Below the pieces are notes generated by a model, which was not told where the DNA came from, did not search any database, and saw nothing but the letters and a program-made list of their open reading frames with translations. From Anaerolineae bacterium (GTDB taxonomy: Bacteria; Desulfobacterota; Desulfobacteria; Desulfobacterales; ETH-SRB1), in contig DATKWZ010000013.1 of NCBI GenBank assembly GCA_035529315.1, positions 17,807-81,806 on the forward strand: 64,000 bases of DNA. Direction: 5' to 3'. Positions 9,492-18,223 of this stretch are shown here, one piece after another. The position numbers and the translations under genes were made by a program. Within the stretch, counting starts at the first letter, position 1. Every line of letters starts with the position of its first letter.

Positions 9492-10028
9492 CTATCCTTC
9501 CCTGCTTACAATCCTTCCATTCAGATTGCTTGCTTTTAATCTTCCCGTGTTCATGTAGGTTGAGCCGGGGTAGATAAGCCGGCCTAAAAAATCGATAGAT
9601 TTTCGCACATAAAAGATAGAGGAATCGAGCAACGTTTTATTCTTCTTGTTCAACCCGTGAATGTCCATCAAAAGAGATTTGAGCGCTGACCGGCATTCCT
9701 CAAGATCCCTTTTCTGGCTGTCATCTCCATAGAGCAGCAACGTTGAAAGGCTTCTATCCTTATTGAGGGCCTTATTGAGGGCTTTTCCGTCAAGATTAAG
9801 GACATTAATGATTCTCTCAACCAATTTTGTCCTTGCCTCTTCCACCATCCTGGCCTTTAAAATACAGGTCTCTTTTCTGGAATTACTTTCATACAGTTCA
9901 TCCGCAGAAGATCCTGCCAGGATTTCTCTCTCATTCAGGAAACATTTGTAAAGTTTACCGTAAACATTCAACTCGTTTCTCAGCACTGAAATAAGAGAGT
10001 CATAAAGAAAATGTAGTTCATTATTCAT
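9492..10028 (-). CDS. flgN: FlgN-family flagellar export chaperone
   Basis: All-helical ~178 aa protein between flgM and flgK. The track ORF begins with GTG at 10061 inside flgM. ATG at 10028 (MNNELHFLYDSL) has GAGG 9 nt upstream and lies 5 nt after the flgM stop. Confidence 0.65.
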   Translation of the reverse strand: MNNELHFLYDSLISVLRNELNVYGKLYKCFLNEREILAGSSADELYESNSRKETCILKARMVEEARTKLVERIINVLNLDGKALNKALNKDRSLSTLLLYGDDSQKRDLEECRSALKSLLMDIHGLNKKNKTLLDSSIFYVRKSIDFLGRLIYPGSTYMNTGRLKASNLNGRIVSREG

Positions 10029-10032
10029 TGCT

Positions 10033-10338
10033 TTAAGCCTCGATATCCAGAATTGATTCACCTATCATTTTTCCGGCAATCTTTTCTCCGCCCACATCGT
10101 ATTTTCCCGTTTCTATCTGATCTTGCAATTCCCGAACCTTTTCTTCGCGAACATCCGGGAGTTCTTCGATAGCCTTCTCTGCCTGCTGAATATCCCTTGC
10201 CTCGGATGACAAACTGACCGTCTCTTCCGGAACCACGTCGGTTGCCTGCTTATCAGGCTTGGAATTCACACTCTCCTCATTTATCTTATACCGTGAAATG
10301 AGCTCAATTATGGAATTTCCGGTCTCAGAAATTTTCAT
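10033..10338 (-). CDS. flgM: Anti-sigma-28 factor FlgM
   Basis: ~101 aa. C-terminal KVRELQDQIETGKYDVGGEKIAGKMI matches the FlgM sigma-28-binding region. ATG at 10338 lies 8 nt after AGGAGG. The track start at 10344 is a TTG. Confidence 0.85.
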   Translation of the reverse strand: MKISETGNSIIELISRYKINEESVNSKPDKQATDVVPEETVSLSSEARDIQQAEKAIEELPDVREEKVRELQDQIETGKYDVGGEKIAGKMIGESILDIEA

Positions 10339-10378
10339 CTGCAATACCTCCTTTTTATTTTACTTCCTATTTATAGAA

Positions 10379-10406
10379 ATATCGGCAAGTTTGCAATAAA
10401 ACTTTA
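10379..10406 (-). promoter_or_regulatory. Sigma-28-type promoter for flgM-flgN-flgK(-flgL-csrA-fliW)
   Basis: The minus strand reads TAAAGTTT-N12-GCCGATAT, ~40 nt upstream of the flgM ATG. Confidence 0.8.
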
Positions 10407-10410
10407 GCAA

Positions 10411-10770
10411 CTATTCAGGTTCAAAGGTGTTAGGTGTTCTGCTCCCTGACTCCGGGCCCCCGATCCCTGATTTGAGCTGGCGTAAAAGCATTTGCTGAAG
10501 GCCTATGCCCCCCCCTCTTTTTGCGAGGTCTTCCGCTACCTTCTGATCAACCATTGTGGAATAAATATCCTTGCCTGGAAAGTTGGTTCCGCCTTGCGGA
10601 ACCGTGCGCCGCATGGTCTTGAGCATGTAATTGATGAAGATGGATTCAAAATCAGCGCACGCTTTTTTCAGCTTCTTTTCACTAATTTCCGGTTGCTGTC
10701 GGTCAGGCCTTTTGAGCGCTCCTGTTGGCAACCCGTTTAATCTTATTTCTTCCATCAAATGGCTCCTCAT
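10411..10770 (-). CDS. flgJ: Rod-binding protein (FlgJ N-terminal domain only; no muramidase domain)
   Basis: 119 aa. KKACADFESIFINYMLKTMR and GKDIYSTMVDQKVAEDLAK fit the FlgJ rod-binding domain. The last ~20 codons (GIGGPESGSRTPNTFEPE) are encoded by intergenic-type repeat words. Confidence 0.75.
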   Translation of the reverse strand: MRSHLMEEIRLNGLPTGALKRPDRQQPEISEKKLKKACADFESIFINYMLKTMRRTVPQGGTNFPGKDIYSTMVDQKVAEDLAKRGGGIGLQQMLLRQLKSGIGGPESGSRTPNTFEPE

Positions 10771-10836
10771 TTACTGATCCCTGACCCCTAATCCCTGACC
10801 TCTAATCCTTAATCCTCTACCCTATAATCCCTGATC

Positions 10837-12015
10837 CTATATTACCTTTAAATCCGCCTGGAGCGCCCCTGCAGATTTGATTGTCTGCAATATGGTTATC
10901 AGATCTCCTGGCGTAACACCTATTGCGTTGAGCGCCCTTACAACCTCCTGAATAGTAACCCCCTCCGGTACCACCACCAGGCGATTCTTCTCTTCTTCAA
11001 CACCGATTTCCGTTTCAGTTGTTACAACCGTCTGTCCTCCCGGAGCGATCAGCGTGCCGTCTCCGGCATCAACCGGAGCGCTGCCGGCAGGAGGAGCAGG
11101 GGCAAAGGGGGACGGCTGAGACACCCCTTTTTCCTCTTTTATCTGGATGAACAAATTCCCATGGGCAACGGCAACTGTGGATATTCTTACATTTTCTCCC
11201 ATAACAATCGTGCCGGTCTTCTCATCTATGACCACAACCGCGGGTGAGTCAACCGCAACATTAATGTTTTCAACAATCGAGACAAGCTTCACCATACTCC
11301 CTTTAAAAGATTCCTTTATATTTACAGCAACGGTAGATGAATCAACAAGCTTCGCCTCCACGCCCGCTATCACACCATTTATGGCTGTGGCCACCCCTGT
11401 CGCAGTTGTAAAATCAGGTCGATAAAGATTTATGGAAAGTGACTTCCTGTTTTCAAAATTGTACTCCAATTCCCTTTCGACAAAGGCGCCGTTTGTAATC
11501 CGACCGACAGTCGGGTGATTCTTGGAAATGTTCGCGCCCCCCCCGCCTGCGGCAAAACCTCCGATAGATACAGCGCCCTGCGCCACTGCATAGACATTGC
11601 CGTCCGCCCCCCGAAGCGGTGTCATAAGGAGAGTCCCTCCACGCAGGCTGTTTGCATCACCGATGGATGAAACCACAACATCTATTCTCGACCCCACCTT
11701 GGAGAACGGGGGAAACTCGGCGCTGATCATAACTGATGCCACATTATCTGAAGTCAGGTTATTTCTGGACTCTTCTTTCATCCCAAGCCCCTGCCTGCTC
11801 AACATATTGGCAAGAGTTTCCTTTGTGAATCCGTTTTCAATATCATCGCCGGTTCCAGCCAGACCAACTACCAGGCCATAGCCTACCAACTGGTTATCCC
11901 TGACCCCGCCGATACTGGAAATATCCTTGATACGTACAGCATAAGCATGAGACGCAATAACCAGACCAGCCATTAAAAAAATGGCAATATATTTGAAAAC
12001 TTTCCTTTTTTTCAT
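10837..12015 (-). CDS. flgI: Flagellar P-ring protein FlgI
   Basis: Signal peptide MKKRKVFKYIAIFLMAGLVIASHAYA, then VRIKDISSIGGVRDNQLVGYGLVVGL. I prefer ATG 12015 to the longer track ORF (12054), which overlaps flgH. Confidence 0.9.
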   Translation of the reverse strand: MKKRKVFKYIAIFLMAGLVIASHAYAVRIKDISSIGGVRDNQLVGYGLVVGLAGTGDDIENGFTKETLANMLSRQGLGMKEESRNNLTSDNVASVMISAEFPPFSKVGSRIDVVVSSIGDANSLRGGTLLMTPLRGADGNVYAVAQGAVSIGGFAAGGGGANISKNHPTVGRITNGAFVERELEYNFENRKSLSINLYRPDFTTATGVATAINGVIAGVEAKLVDSSTVAVNIKESFKGSMVKLVSIVENINVAVDSPAVVVIDEKTGTIVMGENVRISTVAVAHGNLFIQIKEEKGVSQPSPFAPAPPAGSAPVDAGDGTLIAPGGQTVVTTETEIGVEEEKNRLVVVPEGVTIQEVVRALNAIGVTPGDLITILQTIKSAGALQADLKVI

Positions 12016-12035
12016 GAAACTATCCTTATTTCTGA

Positions 12036-12737
12036 TCAGAACGGCCATGCCCAATCCACAATACGCGTCAGCCAGCCCGGTCTCATTTTGTCATTAATCA
12101 CGCCATTGCCTGTATAAACAATCTTTGCATCGGCAATATACTGTGATGATATAACATTGTCCGAGGTAATATCCTCGGGTCTGATAATGCCGGAAATAAT
12201 AATGTACTGATCCTCGGCATTTATAGCCAACCGCCGTTTCCCCTCTATAGCCAGATTGCCATTGAAAAGCACCTCGACAACCTTAGCTGTTATTTTTGCC
12301 TCTAATGTACCATCACGGGTCGTTGCGCCCTTGCCCTTAAGAGAATTGGAAGAGGTACCTCCCAGCCCGATTGACGAGCCAAACCTTGAGTTCTGTTCCA
12401 TCATCTTTTTTTCCAATCCCAAAAGGCTCGTTAACCCAGCAGTCGTACTCGTGTCCCTGCTGGTAGTTGTGTCGGCAGAATTGCTGCCCGAGGAAGACTC
12501 GTCTATGATTATTGTAATAATATCATCGACATGCTTTGCTTTATTATCGGCAAAGAGCGAATTTTTCGCATTTTCGCCGGGCCAGATGGATCCTGTGGAC
12601 GGAAGCTGTATTTTCTCCTTTGGAACAGGAACAGGTTCATCTTTTTTTATTGCATTGATATTAGAAGAACATCCGGCAACCACGAACAAAATAAGGATAC
12701 TTATCAAGACTATAAAATTATATGCTCTCCATTTCAT
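12036..12737 (-). CDS. flgH: Flagellar L-ring lipoprotein FlgH
   Basis: 233 aa. Lipobox LFVVAGCSS. Conserved FlgH core DIITIIIDE ... NLAIEGKRRLAINAEDQYIIISGIIRPEDI. Confidence 0.9.
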   Translation of the reverse strand: MKWRAYNFIVLISILILFVVAGCSSNINAIKKDEPVPVPKEKIQLPSTGSIWPGENAKNSLFADNKAKHVDDIITIIIDESSSGSNSADTTTSRDTSTTAGLTSLLGLEKKMMEQNSRFGSSIGLGGTSSNSLKGKGATTRDGTLEAKITAKVVEVLFNGNLAIEGKRRLAINAEDQYIIISGIIRPEDITSDNVISSQYIADAKIVYTGNGVINDKMRPGWLTRIVDWAWPF

Positions 12738-12739
12738 GA

Positions 12740-13480
12740 TTAAAACTCCACCTTCACCAGAGAATTACCCATAACCCTGGCATAAATCACCTTTTTAGAT
12801 GATACATTCCTGACCTTTATCAATTCCCCGTGCATTCCATCCTGATCCGACAGTCCAATTGTAGTTATTCTCATCGTGTCTTTCTCAAAAACAATTCTTA
12901 CCGGCTTCCCCTTCTTTACTATCGGCATGCTTCTCACCATATTCCCTGTCATTTCGGTATTTGGTTTAACATTGGTGCAAAGTTTCATGCCTACAACAGC
13001 ATCAAGGCTCGATATGACATTTGATGGCAAGCGGTCAAACCACCTTTTAACTATTCTCACATCATCATGGTTAATCCTGACATTTCTATTAAGAGACTTT
13101 GTGCTGACCACAACATCCATCAGCACCTCTATCCTTGCTTTGACGGTCTTTGCATTCAGAAATGTGCCATTTTCATAACACCTGACGGTAAAGGAAGAAT
13201 TCCCCATAAAATCCTCATTCCTTCTGCTCAGAACCCGATAGGTGATTTTTTTTCCTGTCAGTCTCACATCATCAGGCACGCCGGCTGGGAATTCCACCCG
13301 CACAACGCTTTTCGGCAAGGACATGTTCTTTTCAATATATGTTCTGACAGCCGCCTTTATCGTTTCCTCTCCTATCACTGCTGCGGAAGCCGCGCACAAC
13401 AGATGCCCGTTAAAAAGAAACAGGGAAACAACACCCGCAATTAAGAAAACTGTCTTATGTATTTTGCCTGACATTCTCAC
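12740..13480 (-). CDS. flgA: Flagellar P-ring assembly chaperone FlgA
   Basis: 246 aa with a signal peptide. The C-terminal region (VKKGKPVRIVFEKDTMRITTIGLSDQDGMHGELIKVRN) is typical of FlgA. Position between flgG and flgH. Confidence 0.8.
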   Translation of the reverse strand: MRMSGKIHKTVFLIAGVVSLFLFNGHLLCAASAAVIGEETIKAAVRTYIEKNMSLPKSVVRVEFPAGVPDDVRLTGKKITYRVLSRRNEDFMGNSSFTVRCYENGTFLNAKTVKARIEVLMDVVVSTKSLNRNVRINHDDVRIVKRWFDRLPSNVISSLDAVVGMKLCTNVKPNTEMTGNMVRSMPIVKKGKPVRIVFEKDTMRITTIGLSDQDGMHGELIKVRNVSSKKVIYARVMGNSLVKVEF

Positions 13481-13499
13481 TCCTCTAATCCTCTAATCC

Positions 13500-14282
13500 T
13501 TACCTCTTGAGGCCGTTAGCCATCTGCAGCATCGCATCCGCTGTCTGGATTGCCTTTGAATTTATCTCGTATGATCTCTGGCCCACAATCATCTTGACCA
13601 TCTCATCCACAACATTTACATTTGACATCTCTAAAAAACGCTGTGAAATGGTGCCGTTCCCCGCTTCTCCGGGATTTCCGAGAGTAGCGTCACCGGAGGC
13701 ATCTGTTCTGTCATAGAGATTTCTCCCCAGGCTGGTAAGTCCGGCGGGGTTGGTAAACCTGGCAAGCTCTATTCTCCCTGTCGCCAGGGAATTGCCTTGC
13801 TCATCGCTTGCCGTCCATGTGCCTCCGCTGTCAAGGGTAAAATGTACCATTTCCATGGGTACGTCCACTGCAGGTATCAATTTAAGCCCTTCAGAATTAC
13901 ACAGAGAGCCATCCTTATCAACCTTGAAATTGCCTGCCCGTGTGTAAACAGTACGCCCATTATCATCAATCTGGAAAAAGCCATCCCCTTCAATAGCAAA
14001 GTCGAATGGATTGTCCGTCTGCATATAATCACCCTGGCCAAACATTTTTTGAACAGCCACCGGTTTTACACCCATACCGATCTCTATACCCACCGGCAAC
14101 TGACTCCCGCCGGATGTCTCGGCCCCTGATTTCGAATATACCTGATACATGAGATCCTGAAAATCGGCTCTTGCCTTTTTAAATCCTACGGTATTAATGT
14201 TGGCCAGGTTGTTCGCAACAACGTCCTGGCTTATCTGCTGCGCTTCCATGCCGGTTGCGGCCGTCCATAAAGCCCTTATCAT
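13500..14282 (-). CDS. flgG: Flagellar distal rod protein FlgG
   Basis: 260 aa. MIRALWTAATGMEAQQ..VANNLANINTVGFK. C-terminal MVKMIVGQRSYEINSKAIQTADAMLQ. Confidence 0.95.
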   Translation of the reverse strand: MIRALWTAATGMEAQQISQDVVANNLANINTVGFKKARADFQDLMYQVYSKSGAETSGGSQLPVGIEIGMGVKPVAVQKMFGQGDYMQTDNPFDFAIEGDGFFQIDDNGRTVYTRAGNFKVDKDGSLCNSEGLKLIPAVDVPMEMVHFTLDSGGTWTASDEQGNSLATGRIELARFTNPAGLTSLGRNLYDRTDASGDATLGNPGEAGNGTISQRFLEMSNVNVVDEMVKMIVGQRSYEINSKAIQTADAMLQMANGLKR

Positions 14283-14305
14283 GTTAATCCTCCCTTTTAT
14301 TATTA

Positions 14306-14396
14306 ATCACCACGAAGAATTTTTTCTTTATCCTTGTTCCCTTTGTACTCTTTGTGGTAAAAATATCGCAGTGTGCGCCTTCAGGTTTAAGTTAAT
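14306..14396. repeat. Dispersed repeat family R1, copy 1 (flgG/flgF intergenic)
   Basis: atcaccacgaag...ctttgtggtaaaaatatcgcagtgtgcgccttcaggtttaagttaat. About 75% identical to copy 2, in the same orientation. Confidence 0.75.
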
Positions 14397-14410
14397 AACC
14401 TTTGTTTTTA

Positions 14411-15124
14411 TTACAATCTCCCGATACGGCTTGTTGACAATTTGTCCTGTTCGCCTAAAGTCTGAATCGCTTTCTGGTATGATTCAAACGTGCGCTGTAT
14501 ATTGATCATTTCAACCATTTCTCTTATAGCCTGGACATTGGAAAGCTCAAGATATCCGGATTGAACACGTGCATTTTCTTCCTTTTTTGCGCCCGCCAGA
14601 TTATCAGGATTAAGATAGAGGCCGGGATTAAGCTTAACAAGAGCAGATGGTTCGCTAAAACCGGTGATCTTCAATGTATCAACTTCATTGCCGTCCACAC
14701 TTATTACGCCGTCTTCGCTTATCAGGACGTTGTTCCCCTCAATGGCAATTTTTCCTCCTCCGCCAAGAACATAATCTCCGGCCTGTGTAACCAGCCCTCC
14801 ATCCTTATTGAGCGTAAACCTTCCATCTTTTGTATAAGCAACACCGGCTTTTGTTTGAACAGCAAAAAATCCATCCCCGTCTATTGCCAGTTCCAGAACA
14901 TTGCCGGTTTTCTGCATAATTCCCCTGGAATAATCGGCCGTTGTTTCCTGTGTCTGCGCGGGTCTGCCTTTATTCGCCTCCGCTTCGGGGCCTGGATTTA
15001 AAAAAAGGAACCGCTCTGCCTTGAAACCGGGGGTGTTAACATTGGCAATATTGTTCGCGACACAATCAAGCCGGCTAATCTGCATTATAGCCGCATTTGC
15101 CAGTATATCGATACCGTTAATCAT
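14411..15124 (-). CDS. flgF: Flagellar proximal rod protein FlgF
   Basis: MINGIDILANAAIMQ..VANNIANVNTPGFK. C-terminal MVEMINIQRTFESYQKAIQ. ATG 15124 follows AGAGGAGG. The 52 upstream codons of the track ORF are translated repeat words. Confidence 0.9.
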   Translation of the reverse strand: MINGIDILANAAIMQISRLDCVANNIANVNTPGFKAERFLFLNPGPEAEANKGRPAQTQETTADYSRGIMQKTGNVLELAIDGDGFFAVQTKAGVAYTKDGRFTLNKDGGLVTQAGDYVLGGGGKIAIEGNNVLISEDGVISVDGNEVDTLKITGFSEPSALVKLNPGLYLNPDNLAGAKKEENARVQSGYLELSNVQAIREMVEMINIQRTFESYQKAIQTLGEQDKLSTSRIGRL

Positions 15125-15157
15125 GTTTCCTGCCTCCTCTTCTGTATGTGAAGTAAA

Positions 15158-15172
15158 GCAATTTGTGTGCCA
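15158..15172 (-). promoter_or_regulatory. Sigma-54 promoter for flgF-flgG-flgA-flgH-flgI-flgJ
   Basis: The minus strand reads TGGCAC-acaaa-TTGCT. ~34 nt upstream of ATG 15124, with AGAGGAGG in between. Confidence 0.8.
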
Positions 15173-15433
15173 CATGGACGGAGATCGGGAGGCGGAAAGC
15201 AGAGAGCGGAGAGCGTGGAGGAGCGGAGAGCGTGGAGCGGAGAGCAGGGAGCAGAGAACGGAAATCGGAATGAATGTCAAATGTGGAGCTCACCTATGTC
15301 AAAAACTGCTCTATTGGGCAAGGCAATCAGCATCAGGAGACAGGCAATTTTGTTTATAACAGGAAATTTTTTCCTGTTCGGCAGGCTCTTTTATATTGGT
15401 AGCAGTTTACGGTTTACAGTTATCGGTTCACGG

Positions 15434-15490
15434 TTGAAATCAATATCCAAAATGCTTCAATCGTTGCATAGTTCATTGAAAAAACTGTGA
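15434..15490 (+). pseudogene. Remnant of a second four-helix-bundle (Avd-like) gene: last 18 codons only
   Basis: The plus strand encodes LKSISKMLQSLHSSLKKL*, compared with the intact copy's LKSISKTLQSLHGSLKK (35038-35427, opposite strand). It is flanked by the same acggtt/gtgaaccg repeat words. Confidence 0.7.
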
Positions 15491-15579
15491 ACCGTAAACC
15501 GACAACCGTTAACTGTCACCTTTATCTTTTCCCATTCAACATTCGATGTTGGACGTTAGATGTTCGATGTTCATCTTTT

Positions 15580-15873
15580 TTAATCCCCTAACCCCTGCCC
15601 CCTGTATCGTTCATTGAGCGAATAAACAAAGGCCAATATTTCCGCGACAGCCTTGTAAAGCTCGGCAGGAATCTGTTCATCCATATCGAGCCGGCTCAGG
15701 ATCTGTGCCAGAGCAGGATCTTCCTTTATCGGCACACTATGTTTTTTTGCGAGTTCTATGATCTTTTCGGCAATGGCGCCCCTTCCCCTGGCGGTAACCC
15801 TCGGCGCCTGATCTTTTTTTCCGTCATATTTTATGGCAGCGGCAATTGTTGTCTCTTTTTTGTCTTTGTTCAT
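15580..15873 (-). CDS. Free-standing FlhB C-terminal subdomain homologue (YlqH / FhlB-domain type)
   Basis: ~97 aa. IAAAIKYDGKKDQAPRVTARGRGAIAEKIIELAKKHSVPIKEDPALAQIL...IPAELYKAVAEILAFVYSL aligns with the FlhB in this window (LAVALSYDQTSTSAPKVVAKGAGFIAENIKDIARKNNVPIVDNKPLARVL...IPANLYRAVAEVLAFVYSM). The alignment begins just after the FlhB NPTH site. No TM region and no NPTH motif. Confidence 0.85.
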   Translation of the reverse strand: MNKDKKETTIAAAIKYDGKKDQAPRVTARGRGAIAEKIIELAKKHSVPIKEDPALAQILSRLDMDEQIPAELYKAVAEILAFVYSLNERYRGQGLGD

Positions 15874-15940
15874 AAAAATACCTAAGTGCTTTGATTCGTA
15901 AATACAGTGACGCAATTTTTTATATGGGTCTCTACTCCTG

Positions 15941-16078
15941 ATGGGTTGAAGACTTATAAGTGCCTAAAGTGAGCTAAAGTGCCTAAAATGCCTAAAGTTA
16001 ATGTACGCCTCCAGCGGGCTAATTTTAAAGTTATAAGTGCTTTAAATACTTTAGCTCACTTTAGGTACTTCAAATTTA
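15941..16078. repeat. Inverted arrays of the word cctaaagtg between the FliK-like and FlhB-C-like genes
   Basis: aagtgcctaaagtgagctaaagtgcctaaaatgcctaaag ... ctttaaatactttagctcactttaggtacttc. The two arms are reverse-complementary word arrays. Confidence 0.8.
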
Positions 16079-16080
16079 TT

Positions 16081-17175
16081 TCATGCCAAAATATCTACGC
16101 TTTCCAGGGCAAACAGGTTTTGAAACTCGCTGGATTCAGCTCTTGTTTTTAAATCATCCTTATCTGTCACACACGTTAAATAATCTATATCATAGCCTAA
16201 AGCCGTAAGCTTTTCTCCAAGTTCCTCTAAAAACAATCTAATAAAATTACATATGTTTTCATCCTTACATTTCAACACACAGCTTATTTTCTTTGTTTTA
16301 ATTTTTGCCTGGACAACAACATCGCCCAAAACATCCATGTTCAGCAAAAACAGCACATTCTTCTCGTTCCGGCGGCCTTTGTCCTTTGAATCCCGATCTC
16401 CCAATTTTATAAATATCTTTGCCAGGCCCATATTCTCCGGGAACAGCAGAGGAACTTGAAACATATATTTACTATCATATTCCTGAAATAAATAATTTAT
16501 TACCCGATGGGAGTCAATTGTTTGCAAAGAGGAACGGATAAATCCGGCAAGTTTTTCCGCTGCAGGAAGATTTCCGGTTTTCACCAACGGCTGAAGCCTG
16601 CCGGACATCCTTATCAAGAGTTGCTTCAGGTTTTGAGAGGCATCCCTTACATTCTCCATCGAGTAACCGAACCTGCGGACATAATCTCTAAAAAAGAGAG
16701 GGTTTTTTAAACTTTCCCTGGAGAATATCAGAGATTTTAATATGCCTTGTATATTCTTGACATTTTTCTTCCCAAGATGCGCTGCAAGGTCTCCTAAATT
16801 TTCAGGGCTGAACCTGTCGATACCGTCTCTGAAAAATTCAAAAAGGGCTTTGGGGTTTGAACGGTAAAATCTCAAACAATCCATTAACCTGGAATTTTGC
16901 GATATTTCATTGGCAACAATACGAAGGACAACCCCGGGATGCAGTTGCATCACCCTTACCGCAATCTTTTCGCCTTTTTTGAGCAATAGCCCGGAATCTG
17001 CCACAACCATGCTGTTTTTCAGCGAAATCAACGCCTTCCCGTAGCGAGGGGTTTCCACTATTTCCGCTTCCACCACTTCGCCGACAGAAAGAGGAGGCAA
17101 AAGTTCCGCCTTTTTTTGAATTTGTAAAAGGTGATTTAATTTATGGGATGCTATTATGGAGGGAAGAATTTTCAT
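16081..17175 (-). CDS. FliK-like protein (putative Flg_hook-type C-terminal domain)
   Basis: 364 aa. N-terminal LSVGEVVEAEIVETPRYGKALISLKNSMVVADSGLLLKKGEKIAVRVMQLHPGVVLRI. C-terminal VLFLLNMDVLGDVVVQAKIKTKKISCVLKCKDENICNFIRLFLEELGEKLTALGY has the same pattern as the FliK C-domain at 36259-37911 (RLTLNPPRLGTLNVDVLVRDNKVHVMLQPENNDVRQILQSNMESLKSSLRNHGL). The similarity was judged by eye only. Confidence 0.45.
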   Translation of the reverse strand: MKILPSIIASHKLNHLLQIQKKAELLPPLSVGEVVEAEIVETPRYGKALISLKNSMVVADSGLLLKKGEKIAVRVMQLHPGVVLRIVANEISQNSRLMDCLRFYRSNPKALFEFFRDGIDRFSPENLGDLAAHLGKKNVKNIQGILKSLIFSRESLKNPLFFRDYVRRFGYSMENVRDASQNLKQLLIRMSGRLQPLVKTGNLPAAEKLAGFIRSSLQTIDSHRVINYLFQEYDSKYMFQVPLLFPENMGLAKIFIKLGDRDSKDKGRRNEKNVLFLLNMDVLGDVVVQAKIKTKKISCVLKCKDENICNFIRLFLEELGEKLTALGYDIDYLTCVTDKDDLKTRAESSEFQNLFALESVDILA

Positions 17176-17608
17176 TCTTTTTTCGATGAAGGTCTAAAAT
17201 AAGACATATCTCTCCTTCAGATAAATTCAACATATCGGCTATCTCTTTTTCAGCCAGACCTTGATCGGCCATTTTTATAACAGCTTCATATTTTTCCCCG
17301 CAACTCGTATCTCCTGACGTTCGATCTTCAAAAATGGCATCTGATTTTTTTATAAGGGTTCTCAATTGATTCTCTTTTTCATTCAGGACATATATGAAAT
17401 CCTTTACTTCATTTAAAGCCTGAAAAAGGCGATCTGTAGAACGCCGGGAGTTTTCGATCACCTTATTGAATTCAGAAAAATTTTTTGAGCCTATTCCCTG
17501 TGGTCTCTTTTTTATTTCTCTGTTTGCCACCCTGATAAGAAATACAATAGCAAGGCACAGCGCTATGTCTGCAAGGATCTGAAGCCCCAGCATAAACTCT
17601 ATGGTCAT
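17141..17608 (-). CDS. Membrane-anchored protein with a C-terminal HTH-like motif (DUF2802-like flagellar-cluster protein)
   Basis: 155 aa. N-terminal TM LGLQILADIALCLAIVFLI. C-terminal MADQGLAEKEIADMLNLSEGEICLILDL resembles a sigma-70 region-4/LuxR-type HTH. The family assignment is from memory of DUF2802 and is not verified. Confidence 0.4.
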   Translation of the reverse strand: MTIEFMLGLQILADIALCLAIVFLIRVANREIKKRPQGIGSKNFSEFNKVIENSRRSTDRLFQALNEVKDFIYVLNEKENQLRTLIKKSDAIFEDRTSGDTSCGEKYEAVIKMADQGLAEKEIADMLNLSEGEICLILDLHRKKNENSSLHNSIP

Positions 17609-17609
17609 C

Positions 17610-17912
17610 TTATACCTTTATATCCACCTTTCCCCCGGGTTCATCGTCAGCAACAGCTCCATCTTTTTCTTTTTTTGCGCTGTTTTCTCCAGGATTCTTT
17701 TCCCTCTTACCACGCTCCTCTTCCTCCCTGGTCACAAGCTGCTCAGCTTCTGCAGGGGCTTTAACTTTTTCTCTCAGCTCCCTGGCCTCTTCGGCTAATT
17801 GAGCTTCAAAATGTCTCTGCTGAACATCAGCCTGATGCTGCTGAACCTGCTGGACACGCTCAATTGCATTGGATTGCAATAATACCTGTTGCACATCAAG
17901 CGATCTGACCAT
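17610..17912 (-). CDS. Hypothetical Gln-rich/charged 100-aa protein, first gene of the accessory operon
   Basis: MVRSLDVQQVLLQSNAIERVQQVQQHQADVQQRHFEAQLAEE, then a highly charged tail. I recognise no domain. Coding is supported by tight coupling to the next gene (stop 17610, next start 17608). Confidence 0.5.
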   Translation of the reverse strand: MVRSLDVQQVLLQSNAIERVQQVQQHQADVQQRHFEAQLAEEARELREKVKAPAEAEQLVTREEEERGKREKNPGENSAKKEKDGAVADDEPGGKVDIKV

Positions 17913-17960
17913 GGCTTTCGCACCCCCTTAAAGAGTAGTAACAGTTCACTGGGAACTGAA

Positions 17961-18010
17961 TTAAGGATTAGAGGATTAAGGATTAGAGGATTAGAGGATT
18001 AGAGGATTAG
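17961..18010. repeat. Tandem 8-9-nt word array (ggattaga/ggattaag)
   Basis: ttaaggattagaggattaaggattagaggattagaggattagaggattag. The reverse-complement words (ctaatcc/ttaatcc) recur at 7965-8060, 10775-10836, 13481-13500, 18110-18140, 18300-18330, 26800-26817, 29825-29863 and 63780-63815. Confidence 0.9.
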
Positions 18011-18195
18011 TTGTTCCGCACGATTATGCCTTTGGAAACCTTGCTGACACCAGATAAACCCTGACAACCAATTTATGGGCTTTTCGCCAAAGCTTCAAAT
18101 CTTTCCAATGCACTAATCCTTACCCCTTAATCCTTAATCCTAACCATCGTAAACGGTTACAAAAAGTAAAGGTTGTTGGTTATCCTCCAACTGTT

Positions 18196-18223
18196 TTATC
18201 GTCACAATCCATCATAATCTTTA
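18196..18223 (-). promoter_or_regulatory. Sigma-28-type promoter candidate for the accessory operon (17912 to 15580)
   Basis: The minus strand reads TAAA-N16-GACGATAA. The N16 spacing matches the other minus-strand sigma-28 sites in this window. There is one mismatch in the -10 element. ~285 nt upstream of ATG 17912. Confidence 0.55.

Noticed and set aside
15125-15490. N-terminal 52-codon extension of flgF and the overlapping plus-strand ORFs (15021-15359, 15167-15490)
   Set aside because: The sequence is gctctccgc/ggagagcg word arrays and acggtt arrays. A strong SD and ATG at 15124 plus a sigma-54 promoter at 15158-15172 define the real flgF start. Only the last 57 nt (15434-15490) are meaningful, as a four-helix-bundle gene relic.
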